Positions 37,201 through 50,043 of a DNA stretch of 64,000 nt are shown here, piece by piece. Position numbers and translations under genes: made by a program. The DNA lies in assembly GCF_046119375.1 (NCBI RefSeq), contig NW_027362770.1:16368001-16432000 (forward strand), in the 5' to 3' direction. This DNA comes from Phyllobates terribilis. Its lineage: Eukaryota. The notes beneath the pieces were generated by a model. The model made no database searches. It was not told where the DNA came from and worked only from the letters and a program-made list of their open reading frames with translations. Every line of letters begins with the position of its first letter. Within the stretch, counting starts at the first letter, position 1.

Positions 37201-39164
37201 CTAGGTGGGCACTTTTTTTTTCTCGGTTTAATTTTTCTGTTACCTATATCCCTGGTACTAAGAATGTTAAAGCCGATGCTTTATCTCGCAGCTTTTCTCC
37301 CATGGTTGGTACCGAGGAGGAGGAGAGCATTTTACAGGAAGGAGTTGTTGTAGCAGCATTGGACTCTGTTTTGGAAGAAGGGATTCTGAAAGCCCAAGAG
37401 GATGCCCCATCTAACACTCCTCATGGGAGGTTGTTTGTGCCTAGAACCTCTAGGAGAGATTTGTTTATGGAGTATCATGAGTCTCGGTTGGCAGATCATC
37501 CAGGAATTTCTGAGACTAAGAGACTTATCAGTCGCAGTTTTTGGTGGCCTGGGTGGCAGAAGGAAGTCATCAAGTGGGTGCGTCAATGTACGGTGTGTGC
37601 TAGGTCAAAGGCTTCCCATACCCCTGCTGCGGGGTTGCTTTGCCCTCTGTAGGTTCCTAGTGCGCCTTGGACGCATTTGGCAATGGATTTTATTACCGAC
37701 CTTCCTGTGTCCGAGGGTTTCACTGTCATCTGGGTGGTCGTGGACCGTTTTAGCAAGATGTGTCATTTGGTTCCATTCATTAAGCTACCCTGCGCTAAGA
37801 CACTCGCTAAGGCGTTTGTTAATGAAATTGTCAGGCTCCATGGCGTTCCCACCGACATTGTTTCTGATAGGGGACCTCAGTTTGTGGCTCGCTTTTGGCG
37901 TGCTTTTTGTGACAGGTTGGGAGTCCATTTGTCATTTTCGTCTGGTTATCATCCTGAGTCTAATGGACAGACTGAAAGAAAGACCCAGGATGTTGAACAG
38001 TTTTTGCATTGTTTTGTGGCAGACAATCAAGAGGGGTGGTCTGAGTTTCTGCCACTCGCAGAATTTGCTCTTAACAACCATACATCCTCCTCTGCTGGGT
38101 GTTCTCCTTTTTTTTGTTGTACTGGGAGACATTCGTCTTTTGGTTCGTTTTCCAAATTGGGGACGGCGGTGCCGGAGGAGGAGAATTTTTCCGGTGATTT
38201 GGAGAGAGTTTCGACTAATGTACGTTGTGACCTTCAAGAGGCTAACAAAAAGTCCAAGAAGTATTTTAACAGGAAAAGTAAAGAGGTTTTGTTTACTGTG
38301 GGTGACATGGTTTGGTTGTCCTCAAAGAATCTGCGGTTGAGGATTCCCTCTAAAAAATTGGGTCCGAAGTTTGTGGGGCCATTTAAGGTGCTTCAGGTGG
38401 TTAACCAGTCTGCTGTTAGGTTGGAGGTTCCCTCCTCCTGGAAAATTAATCCTGTGTTTCAGGTTTCCTTGTTAAAAAAGGCTGATGTATCGGATTGGGA
38501 GGCCACTGTCACAGTTCCTCCGGTGGTGGAAGACGGCGAATATGAAATTTCTAGTATCCTGAATTCCAGAGAGCATAGAGGTAGATAGCAGTATCTCGTC
38601 ACTTGGTAAGGTTTCGGTCCCGAGGATAACTCCTGGGTTAAGGCGGATGATGTCTCTGCCCCTAGACTTGTCAGAGCTTTCCACAGGAGATTTCCAGATA
38701 GGCCTGGGCCTAGAGGATCCGGAGGATCCTCATAAAAGACTGTTAGAACCCTCCTGTTTGTTTTTGTTTCTATCTTGTGTTTTGCGGTCACGTGACCATC
38801 TTCCTATATATTCCAGCTCCGCTCTTCTGGCCTTGCTGGACTTCAGTGTTTGTCTTTCTAGCCAGGTGATTTTGTGCCTATCTATCTCTAGTTTGCTTGG
38901 TCCTCTGGACCTCTAGTACTTTTGTCAGTTTATCTTTTGCTCTGCAACAACTTCTGTTAGGAGGTGTCCCATTTTTTGTCCCAGTCCTTAGTTCTTTTAG
39001 GGACCTCTCCCTTTCTCTTTAGGTCTCCTTTCAGACTAGCCGAGGACGTAGGCGGGTCTGTTCACAAGGAACAGGTCGCCCGCTACAACGTAGGGACTCA
39101 TCTTAGTCTTACTGTAGGGACAGCTCTCCCCTTCTTTCCCTAGTTTATGTTGCAGATCTTAACA
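34202..39164 (+). mobile_element. Full-length Ty3/Gypsy chromovirus #2 (Tf1/sushi-like)
   Basis: LTRs TGTTAG...TAACA at 34202-34633 and 38741-39164 (about a dozen substitutions plus one 8-bp indel); 5-bp TSD CTGAC (34197-34201 and 39165-39169). Confidence 0.97.
34688..38740 (+). pseudogene. gag-pol: Gypsy #2 gag-pol (long fused ORF to 37652, integrase 37677-38588, chromodomain to ~38720)
   Basis: MVSVQDL...EPKVGLPDIFDG; GEPMEVG; CFYCGKSDHLIKNC; VDCGS protease; VVYLDDILIYS; LVEVDAS; AMDFITDLP/SDRGPQF/GQTER; DGEYEISSIL...SWVKA. Confidence 0.95.
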
Positions 39165-39216
39165 CTGACCTGCCGCCAGCGATAAGAGGTGCGTATTTTT
39201 TTTATTTATGGAGCTA

Positions 39217-40827
39217 TAGTACAGACCAAAAGTTTGGACACACATTCTCATTTAAAGATTTTTCTGTATTTTCATGACTATGAAAAATGTACATTCACAC
39301 TGAAGGCATCAAAACTATGAATTAACACATGTGGAATTATATACTTAACAAAAAAGTGTGAAACAGCTGAAAATATGTCTTATATTCTAGGTTCTTCAAA
39401 GTAGCCACCTTTTGCTTTGATGACTGCTTTGCACACTCTTGGCATTCTCTTGATGAGCTTCAAGTGGTAGTCACTTCACATGTGTGCTCTGTCAGGTTTA
39501 ATAAGTGGGATTTCTTGCCTTATAAATTGGGTTGGGACCATCAGTTTTGTTGTGCAGAAGTCTGGTGGATACACCGCTGATAGTCCTACTGAATAGACTG
39601 TTAGAATTTGTATTATGGCAAGAAAAAAGCAGCTAAGTAAAGAAAAACGAGTGGCCAACATTACTTTAAGAAATGAAGGTCAGTCAGTCCGAAAAATTTG
39701 GCAAACTTTGAATGTGTCCTCAAGTGCAGTTGCAAAAACCATCAAGCGCTACGAAGAAACTGGCTCACATGAGGACCACTCCATGAAAGGAAGACCAAGA
39801 GTCATCTCTGCTTCTGAGGATAAGTTTGTCCGAGTCACCAGCCTCTGAAATTACAGGTTAACAGCAGCTCAGATTAGAGACTAGGTCAATGTCACACAGA
39901 GTTCTAGCAGCAGACACGTCTCTATGACTGTTAAGAGGAGACTTTGTGCAACAGGCCTTCATGGTAAAATAGCTGCTAGGAAACCACTGCTAAGTACAGG
40001 CAACAAGCACAAGAGACTTGATTAGGCTAAAGAACACAAGGGATGGACATTGGACCAGTGGAAATCTGTGCTTTGGTCTGATGAGTCCAAATTTGAGATC
40101 TTTGGTTCCAACCACCATGTCTTTGTGCGACGCAGAAAAGGTGAACGGATGGACTCTACATGCCTGCTTCCCACCGTGAAGCATGGGGGAGGAGGTGTGA
40201 TGGTGTGGGGGTGCATTGCTGGTGACACTGTAGGGGATTTATTCAAAATTGAAGGCATACTGAGCCAGCATGGCTACCACAGCATCTTGCAGCGGCATTT
40301 TATTCCATCCGGTTTGCATTTAGTTGGACCATCATTCATTTTTCAACAGCACAATGACCCCAAACACACCTCCAGGCTGTGTAAGGGCTATTTGACCAAG
40401 AAAGAGAGTGATGGGGTGCTACGCCAGATGACCTGGCCTCCACAGTCACAAGACCTGAACCCAATCGAGATGGTTTGGGGTGAGCTGGACCGCAGAGTGA
40501 AGGCAAAAGGGCCAACAAGTGCTAAGCATCTCTAGGAACTCCTTCAAGTTTGTTGGAAGACCTATTCCAGTGACTACCTCTTGAAGCTCATCAAGAGAAT
40601 GCCAAGAGTGTGCAAAGCAGTCATCAAAGCAAAAGGTGGCTACTTTGAAGAACCTAGAATATAAGACATATTTTCAGTTGTTTCACACTTTTTTGTTAAG
40701 TATATAATTGCACATGTGTTAATTCATAGTTTTGATTCCTTCAGTGTGAATGTACAATTTTCATAGTTATGAAAATACAGAAAAATCTTTAAATGAGAAG
40801 GTGTGTCCAAACTTTTGGTCTGTACTG
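39217..40827 (+). mobile_element. Complete Tc1/mariner (DD34E) element with 259-bp TIRs and TA TSD
   Basis: TA|TAGTACAGACCAAAAGTTTGGACACAC...GTGTGTCCAAACTTTTGGTCTGTACTG|TA; TIRs 39217-39475 and 40569-40827. Confidence 0.96.
39615..40664 (+). pseudogene. Tc1 transposase, four premature stops, no frameshift
   Basis: MARKKQLS...GRPR...WSDESKF...FQQHND (second Asp mutated to His)...DLNPIEMVW...AKGGYFEEPRI*. Confidence 0.93.
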
Positions 40828-40829
40828 TA

Positions 40830-41260
40830 TATATGGGGCCTATACTGTATGAAGCATTATATGGGGCCCATAATGTAAGAAGATATATTTAGGGCTCACA
40901 ATCTATGGAGCTATATATAGGGCTCATAATCTATGGAGCTATATTTGAGGCCCATACTGTATGGAGCATTATATGGGGCCCATTATTCTGCATGGAGCAC
41001 TATATGGGGCCGATTATTCTGTATGGAGCATTATATAGGGTCCATTATTGTGTAATAAGCATTATATGGGGCCTATTATTCTGTATGGAGCATTATATGT
41101 AGCTAATAATTCTGTATGGAGCATTATATGGGGTCCATTATTCTTTATGGAGCATTATATGGGGCCCATTATTCTGTATGCAGCATTATATTTGGTCTAT
41201 TATTCTGTATGCAGCATTATATGGAGTCCATTATTCTGTATCGTGAAGTCTTCTCCCTCC
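40830..41260. repeat. ~31-bp minisatellite (ATGGAGCATTATATGGGGCCCATTATTCTGT)
   Basis: Direct inspection. Confidence 0.88.
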
Positions 41261-41775
41261 CGTAGAGTGTAATCTTTTATGGTCAGCAGGGTTCTCTTTC
41301 CTTTTCCTGTAGAGTCAATGGGGTTCATTCTCTCTCTTTCATTTTCACCGCTTGTATTTTTTAAGCAATTGCAACCTTTCCAGTATTGAGATTTGCACAA
41401 ATGTATTTGCAAATTGAAATTTCAGAGAAAATTTGGTGAGGCCAGCAAATTCGAATTTCAAAAGTATTTTATTGACCTCAAAGGCCCCTTGATCAAAACT
41501 GCCAATACATCTAGTAAGATGTTCATCTTATTATCTCATATGGCGTTTTTCTTCAAGATGACGCCAATACTACAAGCATAAATTCTTGTTCTTCATAGGG
41601 AGTATAATCTTTTCTATTTGATTATACATGTTAGTATTTAATCTTAGGGGTTTGTTTTAAATTTGTTAATTTTATATTGATATATATACTAGTCTATATG
41701 CCTATGAATTATGGATTTTATGTTTAGTTTTGGCACTACAGTAGTAATATCAGAATGCTGCTTAATGTTTATTAT

Positions 41776-42150
41776 TAGTGATGAGCGAATGTGCACGCCA
41801 CTGCTTGGTACTCACCCGAGCATTACTGTGCTCGACAAGCTTGGCGCTCGGTGAGTATTTCCGGGTTGCTCAGGCGGGAATTCGGGTCCCCTCTTTGCAT
41901 GTTTGGCACTGTTTAGAGAGCCAATGAACATGCAGGGATTGCCTGCCATGCATTGTAATGCCGTAGCTATGTTGGTTGTGGGCATTACAGTGATTGGCTG
42001 GCAGCAAAGCATCATCAGGTTTATTTAAGACCTGTCGTCGCTATGCTCATCACAGTCTACCCCGGAAACAGGCAGAGTAGGGAGAGGTGCTGCTGAGTCA
42101 GGGAGAGATTTGCTTGTTTATAGTTAGTATAGGTATTCCACAACATACGT
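41776..42150. mobile_element. hAT family-2 terminus and ~350-bp subterminal region
   Basis: Starts TAGTGATGAGCG; alignable to the reverse complement of 53940-54284 and to 55331-55670. Confidence 0.8.
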
Positions 42151-42151
42151 A

Positions 42152-42225
42152 CAGCTCTGGCAAAAATTAAGAGACCACTGCAAAATTTTCATTTTCTCAG
42201 ATTTTTCTTTTTATAGGTATAGTAG
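42152..42225 (+). mobile_element. Tc1 TIR fragment
   Basis: TA|CAGCTCTGGCAAAAATTAAGAGACCACTGCA, a Tc1-type terminus; no partner end seen. Confidence 0.55.
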
Positions 42226-42239
42226 CTATTGAACCCGTT

Positions 42240-45200
42240 CTACGCCCTCATCCTGGTATGCATGGCCCCCTCATACCCAATCCTGGTATGCATGGGCTCA
42301 TCACCCCCATCCTGGTATGCATGGCACCCCTCATCCCCAATCCTGGTAGGCATGGCACCCCTCATGCTCCCCAATCCTGGCATGCATGGCACCCCTCATC
42401 CCCAATCCAGGTATGCATGGCACCCCTCATCCCCAATACTGGTATGCATGGCACCCCTCATCCCCAATCCTGGTATGCATGGCAACCCTCATCCTCAATC
42501 TTTGTATGCATGGCACCCCTCATTCCCAATCCTGGTATGCATGGCACAGCTCATCCCCAATCCTGGTATGCCTGGCACCCCTCATCCCCAATCCTGGTAT
42601 GCATGGCACCCCTCATCCCCAATCCTGGTATGCATGGCACCCCTCATCCCCAATCCTAGTATGTATGGCTCCCCATCCCTCATCCTGGTATGAATGGTAC
42701 CACTCAGCCCTATCCTGGTATGTATGGTACCCCTCATCCTGGTATGCATGGCACCCCTCATCCCCAATCCTGGTATGCATGGCACCCCTCATCTCCAATC
42801 CTGGTATGCATAGCACCCCTCATCCTCAATCTTTGTATGCATGGCACCCCCTCATCCCCAATCCTGGTATGCATGGCACCCCTCATCCCCAATCTTTGTA
42901 TGCATGGCACCCCCTCATCCCCAATCCTGGTATGCATGGCACCCCTCATCCCCAATCCTGGTATGCATGGCACCCCTCATCCCCAAACCTGGTATGCTTG
43001 GCACCCCTCATTCCAAATCTGGTATACATTGCACCCCTCATCCCAATCCTGTTATGCATGGCACCCCATCTCCCATCCTGGTATGCATGGCTGCCTCATT
43101 CCAAATCTGGTATACATTGCACCCCTCATCCCAAATCCTGGTAGGCATTGCACCCCTCATCCCAATCCTTGTATGTATGGCACCCCTCATTCCAAATCTG
43201 GTATACATGGCACCCCTCATCCCAATCCTTGTATGTATGGCACCCCTCATCCCCCAATCCTGGTATGTATGGTACCCAAACCCTCATCCTGGTATGCATG
43301 GCACCACTCATCCCCCAATCCTGGTATACATGGCACCCCATCCCTCATCCTGGTATGTATGGTACCCCTCAGCCCTCTCCTGATTTGTATGGTACCCCTC
43401 ATCCTAGTATGCATGGCATCCCATCCCTCATCCTGATATGCATGGTACCCCGCATTCCTATCCTGGTATGCATGGTACCCCTCATCCCTATTCTGGTATG
43501 TATGGTACCGCTCATCCTGGTATGCATGGCACCACATCCCTCATTCTGGCATGTATGGTACCCCGCATCCCCATTCTGGTATGTATGGTACCCCTCATCC
43601 TGGTATACATGGCACCCCTCATCCCAATTCTGTTATGTATGGCCTCCTCATCCCAGAAACCTGGTATGCATGGCACCCATTCCCTCATCCTGGTATGCAT
43701 GGCACCCCTCATCCCCAATCCTGATATGCATGGCAGCCATCAAGCCCAATCCTGGTCTGCATGGCACCCCTCATCCCCAATCCTGGTATGCATGACACCC
43801 CTCACCCCCAATCCTGGTATGCATAGCACCCCTCACCCCCAATCCTGGTATGCCTGTCACCACTCACCCCCAATTCTGGTATGCATGACACGCCTCACCC
43901 CCAATCCTTTTATGCATGGCACCCCTCATCCCAATCCTGGCATGCATGGAACCTTCATCTCTCGCCCTGGTATGCATGGTTCCCTCACACCCAATCCTGG
44001 AATGCATGGCCACCTCAGTCTTATCCTGGTATGTATGGTACCCCTCATTCTGGTATTGATGGTACTCCTCATCTCTATCCCGTATGCATGGCACCCCATC
44101 CCTCATCCTGGTATGCATGGCACCCCTACATCCCTATCCTGGTACGCATGGAACCCCCACATCCCTGTCCTAGTATGCATGGCACCCCTCATCCCTATCC
44201 TGGTATGCATGGCACCCCTCATCCCTATCCTGGTATGTATGACATCCCTCATCCCAATCTTGGTATGCATGGCCCCATCATCCCCAATCCTGGTATGCAT
44301 GGCACCCCTCATCCCCAATCCAGATATGCATGACACCCCTCATCCCCAAACATGGTATGCATGGCACCACTCATCCCCAATAATGGTATGCATGGCACCC
44401 CTCATCCCCAATAATCATATGCGTTGCACCCCTCATCCCGAATTCTGGTATGTGTGTCACCCCTCATTTCCAATCCTGGTATGCGTGGCACCCCTCACTC
44501 CCAATCCTGGTATGGTGGCACTCCTCGTCCCCAATCCTGGTATGCATGGCACCCTTCATCCCCAATCCTAGTATGCATGGCACTCCTTATTCCCTCCTCA
44601 TATGCATGCAACTCCTCATCCCCAATCCTGGTATGCGTGGCACTCCTCTCCCCCAATCCTGGTATGGTGGCACTCCTCATCCCCAATCCTGGTATGCATA
44701 GCACCACTCAACCCCAATCCTGGAATGCATGGCAACCCTCATCCCCAATCCTGGTATGCATGGCACCCCTCATCCCCAATCCTGGTATGCATGGCACCCC
44801 TCATCCCCAATCCTGGTATGCATGGCACTCCTCATCCCCAATCCTGGTAGGTATTGCATCTTCCCCCCCATCCTCGTGTGCGTGGCACCTCTCATCCCCA
44901 ATCCTGGTAGGTATTGCATCCTCCCCCCCCATCCTGGTGTGCATGGCACCCCTCATCCCCAAACCTGGTATGAAATGCACCCCTTACCTCTAATCCTGGT
45001 ATGCATGGCACCCCTCACCCCCAATCCTGGTATGCATGGCACCCCTCACCCCCAATCCTGGTATGCATGACACCCCTCATCCCCAATCCTGGTATGTGTG
45101 GCAACTCTCATCCACAATCCTGGTATGCATGGCACCCCTTATCCCCAATCCTGGTATGCATGGCACTCCTCACCCTCAATCCTGGTATGGTGGCACCCCT

Positions 45201-47040
45201 CATTCCCAATCCTGGTATGCATGGCACCACTCAACCCCAATCCTTGTATGCATGGCACCCCTCATCCCCAATCCGGGTATGCATGGCCCCCTCAGCCTTA
45301 TCCTGGTATGCATGGGCCCCTCACCCCTCTCCTGGTATGCATGGTACCCCATATCTCATCCCTATGCTGGTATGTATGGTACCCCTCATCCTGGTATGGA
45401 TGGTGCTCCTCATCCCTATCCTGGTATGCATGGCACCCCATTCCTCATCCAGGTATGCATGGCACCCCCACATTCCTATCCTGGTATGCATTGCACCCCC
45501 ACATCCCTATCCTGGTATGTATGGCACCCCCACATCCCTATCCTGGTATGCATGGTACCCCTCATTCCTATCCTGGTATGCATGGCACCCCTCATCCCTA
45601 TCCTGGTATACATGGCACCCCTCATCTCAATCCTGGTATGCATGCCCCCATCATCCCCAATCCTGGTATGCATGGAACCCCATCATCTCCATTCATGGTA
45701 TGCTTGGCACACCTCATCCCCAATCCTTGTATGTGTGACACCCCTCATCCCCAATCCTGGTATGCGTGGCACCCCTCACCAACAATCCTTGCATGGTGGT
45801 ACCCCCCATCCCCAATCCTGGTATGCATGGCACCCCTCATCCCCAATCCTGGTATGCATGGCACTCCTCATCCTCAATCCTTGTATGCATTGCACCCCTC
45901 ATCCTCAATCCTGTTATTCATGGCACCCCTCATTCTTAATCCTGGTATGCATGGCACCCCATCGCTCATCCTGGTATGTATGGTACCCTGTATCCCTATC
46001 CTGGTTTAAATGGCACCCCATCCCTCATCCTGGTATGTATGGTACAATTCATCCCTATCCTAGTATGAATGGTACACCTCATCCTGGTATGCATGGCTCC
46101 CTCATCCCCAATCCTGGTATGCATGGCCCCCCTCACCCCAATCCTAGAATACGTGGCACCCTTCACCCCCAATCCTGGTATGCGTGGCATCCCTCATCCG
46201 AAATCCTAATATGCATGGCACCCCTCACCCCCAATCCTGTTATGCATGGCACCCCTCATCCCCAATCCTGGCATGCATGGCACCCCTCATCCCCAATCCT
46301 GGTATGCATGTCTCCCCCATCCCTATCCTGGTATGCATGGCACTCCTCATCCCCCAATCCTGGGATGCATGGCACCCCATCCCTTATCCTTGTATGCATG
46401 TTACCCCCTCATCGATATTCTGGTATCTATGGTACCCCTCATCCCTATTTTCGTATGAATGGTACCCTTCATCCCTATTCTGGTATGCATGGTACCCCTC
46501 ATGCCCAATGCTGGTATGCATGGTACCCCTCATCCCCAATACTGATATGCATGGCACCCCACATCCCCAATGCTGGTATGCATGGCACCCCTCACTCCCC
46601 AGTCCTGGTATGCCTGGTCCCCTCATCCTTATTCGGGTATGCATGGTACCCCCTCATCCCTATTCTGGTATGACTGGTACCCCTCATCCTCCAATCCTGG
46701 TATGTATGGTACCCCTCATCTCCCAATCCTGGTATGCATGGCACCCAACATCCCCAATCCTGGTATGAATGGTACCCCTCATTCTCCAATCCGGGTATGT
46801 GTCTCACCCCTCACCCCAATCCTGGTATGGTGGCACCTGTCATCCCCAATCCTGGTATGCATGGCACTCCTCATCCCCAATCCTTGTATGCATGGCACTC
46901 CTCATCCCCAATGCTGGTATGCATGGCATCCCTCATCCCCAATCCTGGTATGCATGGCACCCCTCATCCCCAATCCTGGTATGCATGGCAATCCTCATCC
47001 CCAATCCTGGTGTGCATGGCACCCCTCATCCCCAATCCTG
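42240..47040. repeat. 4.8-kb C-rich minisatellite, 31-bp unit CTGGTATGCATGGCACCCCTCATCCCCAATC (~150 units, with shorter variants)
   Basis: CACCCCTCAT at 42421 and 42452 (period 31). Confidence 0.97.
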
Positions 47041-47299
47041 GTATTCGCCTCTGACAACCGGTATGTGCCGTGGCAACGCACATATTATAATGAGGGCAAT
47101 CTGGCCATGGACCCCCCAGAGCCCCAGGCAGTAGCCCAGATTGCTCTCATTATAATCCACCATCAGACACATGCATACAGTGCTGAAAAGACATGGGAAC
47201 AGCATGGGGAAGACCTGTGGAAGCATCTCTGACTTCAAGGTCACTGCCTAAAAGTATGCCCATCATAAGTGACCCTTGGCACATGCAAAGATGTCTCCC

Positions 47300-47990
47300 A
47301 CTATGCACCTGTCATTGCATACTTGCAACAATCACCATCCACGTCCTGCTTGCACTTGAAATGGGGCCTTTTAGGCTCGTAAAGGCGGAAGCTGTCCACA
47401 ATCTTATGGTGGCGGCGACCGGGTGTCCATACTCGGTCCTTACTGGGAAGGACTGCCTAATCACAAACACATGGACAGGTGAATGTGGCCAGGGACGGTA
47501 CGGAGCCAATCCACAGCTATTTTTGCTGAGCTGTATTTCACAACAGCCATATTCTTTAGCTTGGTGAAAGGACTTGGGAAACTATATCTACCCAGTTTTC
47601 ATTTCTCCCAGGAAGTCCTCTAACGTTGCTTTCACTTGAAATGTGGCCTTTTAGGTTTGTGGAGGCGGAAGCTTTTCATAACCTCATGCTGGCGGCCAGG
47701 TGTCCATACTCGGTCCCCAGCCGCCACTATTTCTCCCGGTATCGTCTCCGCCTTCCACAAGCAAGGGTCCCACAACATTACCCGTGCCCTCCCCAGTGCA
47801 CTTACTGGGAAGGACCGCCTAACCACAAACACGTGGACAGGTGAATGTGGCCAGAGACGGTACGGAGCCAGTCCACAGCTTTTTTTGCAGAATTGTATTT
47901 CGGTCCCAAGCCATCACTATTTCTCCCGGTGTTGTCTCCGCCTTCTACAAGAGCGGGTCCCTGAACATTACTGCTGGTACTTTTCTGTGT
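47300..47990 (+). pseudogene. Duplicated hAT transposase fragments (region around the first catalytic Asp)
   Basis: LEMGPFRLV/LEMWPFRFVEAEAFHNLM, PSRHYFSR, LITNTWTGECGQGRY twice; TTD changed to TTN/ITN. Confidence 0.8.
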
Positions 47991-48515
47991 GAATTTGCTT
48001 GCCTCCTACTAGCCTGGAATATTTCCAGTAAGCTATGGTACGACTCCATGGTATTAGCACTGCCCCCAGTACCAGTAGCAAAGCCATCCCCAATTTCCTT
48101 CTCAGGAATTTTACTTGGTATACTGAGTGGCTGCCCAAATACATTAGTTTCTCACAAAGGAGCTGAAGATAGAGTGGCAGTAGTGCTAGTTTCTCCAGCC
48201 TGTTAGATATTAGAGGGTGAATGGCAGCACATTGGATCAGTGGTTGGCACTGAAGCCTTGCAGTGCTGGGATCCTGGGTTCAAATCCCAGCAAGGACAAC
48301 ATCTGCATTGACTTTTTATGTTCTCCCCGTGTTTGCATGTGTTTCATCCTCAGTAAAAACGCAGTCATAGAGTGTCCGGGAACCTTCCCACACACTTTTC
48401 TTAGGCAGGACTGCTTCTCGGCAGGGTTGGACGGTCTCACCAGAGAATCCTCTGGTGTGCCCTGGCTTCTACCTCAGGAGGGTTCATGATAGCGCTAACT
48501 TTGCAGTTGCTATGG
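47985..48515. repeat. Unclassified dispersed repeat, copy 3 (inverted, order B then A, split by a SINE)
   Basis: Segment A at 47985-48205 and segment B at 48352-48515 match 12720-13055 on the opposite strand. Confidence 0.7.
48222..48350 (+). mobile_element. tRNA-derived SINE (V-SINE-like), 3'-truncated
   Basis: A-box-like TGGATCAGTGG at ~48233, B-box GGTTCAAATCC at 48277-48287, followed by ATGTTCTCCCCGTGTTTGC. Confidence 0.8.
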
Positions 48516-48629
48516 GGCTTTTTCAATCTGAAACATTTTCTCAGTGGGAGTTGTATTTCACCACAGTCATATTCTTTAGCTCAGTGAAAGGACTGGCATA
48601 TAGGGAAACCTTATCTACTCCGGCTGTCA

Positions 48630-48890
48630 TTTCTCCGTTACCAGGTTCCACCCATTGTCACACATGACCATGCCTGGCTGTATGTTCAGTGGTGAGAGCC
48701 ACACATTCGGCTGCTGTGTTACAGCTTTCAACAACTCTGCAGCGCTGGGCGGTTTGTCACCTAAGCATTAAGCATGTTATCTTCAGCACAGCCTGTTGCC
48801 GCTTGGCCAAGGCAGTGCTGCAGTGCTGTCAGCTTGTGACTGAATGTCATTTCGGAGATGGAGGAGGAGGTTCAGGAGCTGAACAATGTG
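48630..48890 (-). pseudogene. hAT transposase core fragment (second catalytic Asp region)
   Basis: AKRQQAVLK...GMVMCDNGWNL. Confidence 0.7.
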
Positions 48891-49139
48891 ATTACATTGA
48901 GGTTAAATTGGCGACGCTGTTTTTTATGCTAAAGAAAGATCCTATTGTTTTGGGGGTTTTTTTACATTATTTTTAAGACAAATGCATTCAACTGGAAATG
49001 TCATTTTAACATTTTATAACCGTATCTGACAATGTGGTGTGTGACACATCCTCAGACACATCCTGTTTCATTTATGATGGAGGGACTCTGAAAGTCATAA
49101 AGCCTATTTTTATAGGGTCATCAGACGGCCCTTACCATT

Positions 49140-49800
49140 CTTAATAGGCCAGCTGTCGGCCCTCGCTATTGTTAAAGAGCCATCAGCCGGCTATACTTTG
49201 TTGTTCCCATTATTAACAAGTGGGTCTCCTATCCTTGTATTGCGTATGCAGTGACTGCAAGAGCTGCCAAAAATTTGGACGAAACCCAATACCCCTTTGA
49301 AGAAACATAGAGGAGGGTCTCAGTAAAAAAAATGTTCCCATTATAAAGGAGCAGGTCTCTTATAGTGGTAATGCCTATGCTGTGACTGCAAGGGCTGAAA
49401 AAATTTGGGAAAAACCCCACTAACAATTTAAAGACACATAGAGCAGGGCCACCGTAATGAGTATGACTTGTTCCTATTAGAAGGGAGAGGGTCTGCTATA
49501 CAGTTATAGGGTATGCAGTGAGTCCAACGGCTGACCAATTTTAGGAAAAACCCCACTAAGAATTTAAAGACACACAGAGCAGGGCCACAGTAACAATAAA
49601 TTCCCATTAGAAAGGAGAGGGTCTCCCATATTGTTGGCCTATTCAGTGAATGCAAGGGCTGCCAAAAATTGGGAGGAACTCCAATGCCCCTTGGAAGAGA
49701 CTTAGAGGGCCTCATAAAAACGTGTTCCTATTAGAAATGAGCGGGTCTCCTATACTTGTAATGGCCATGCACTAGGAGTATGGGCTGACAAACATTTACC
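49140..49800. repeat. Degenerate ~130-136-bp tandem array (~5 units) downstream of the hAT transposase
   Basis: AAAACCCCACTAA.AATTTAAAGACAC at 49411 and 49547. Confidence 0.7.
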
Positions 49801-50043
49801 CCCTGGGGGGGTATACATGAACATACTGCATAATTTTTTTTTTACGGGCATCATAAACACTCTTTAAAAAATTATGTGGGTGATGCATCATGGACAATGG
49901 TCACCCTGGTGATATGGTGGAGGAGGATGAGGATGAGGAGAAGGAGGAGGACAAGAGCAAATAGCTAAAATCAGGAAGCGTATACCCATGTGTGAAGACA
50001 TGAATAGGAATACACCTCCCTAAAAAAGACACTGGATTTGAGT

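Noticed and set aside
42229-47232. Many long Pro/His/Trp-rich ORFs (up to 545 aa)
   Set aside because: Translations of the 31-bp minisatellite. The unit has no stop in any plus frame and cycles through all three, so long ORFs are expected without a gene.
48222-48290. tRNA gene
   Set aside because: A and B boxes are present but are followed by SINE body sequence, with no full cloverleaf.
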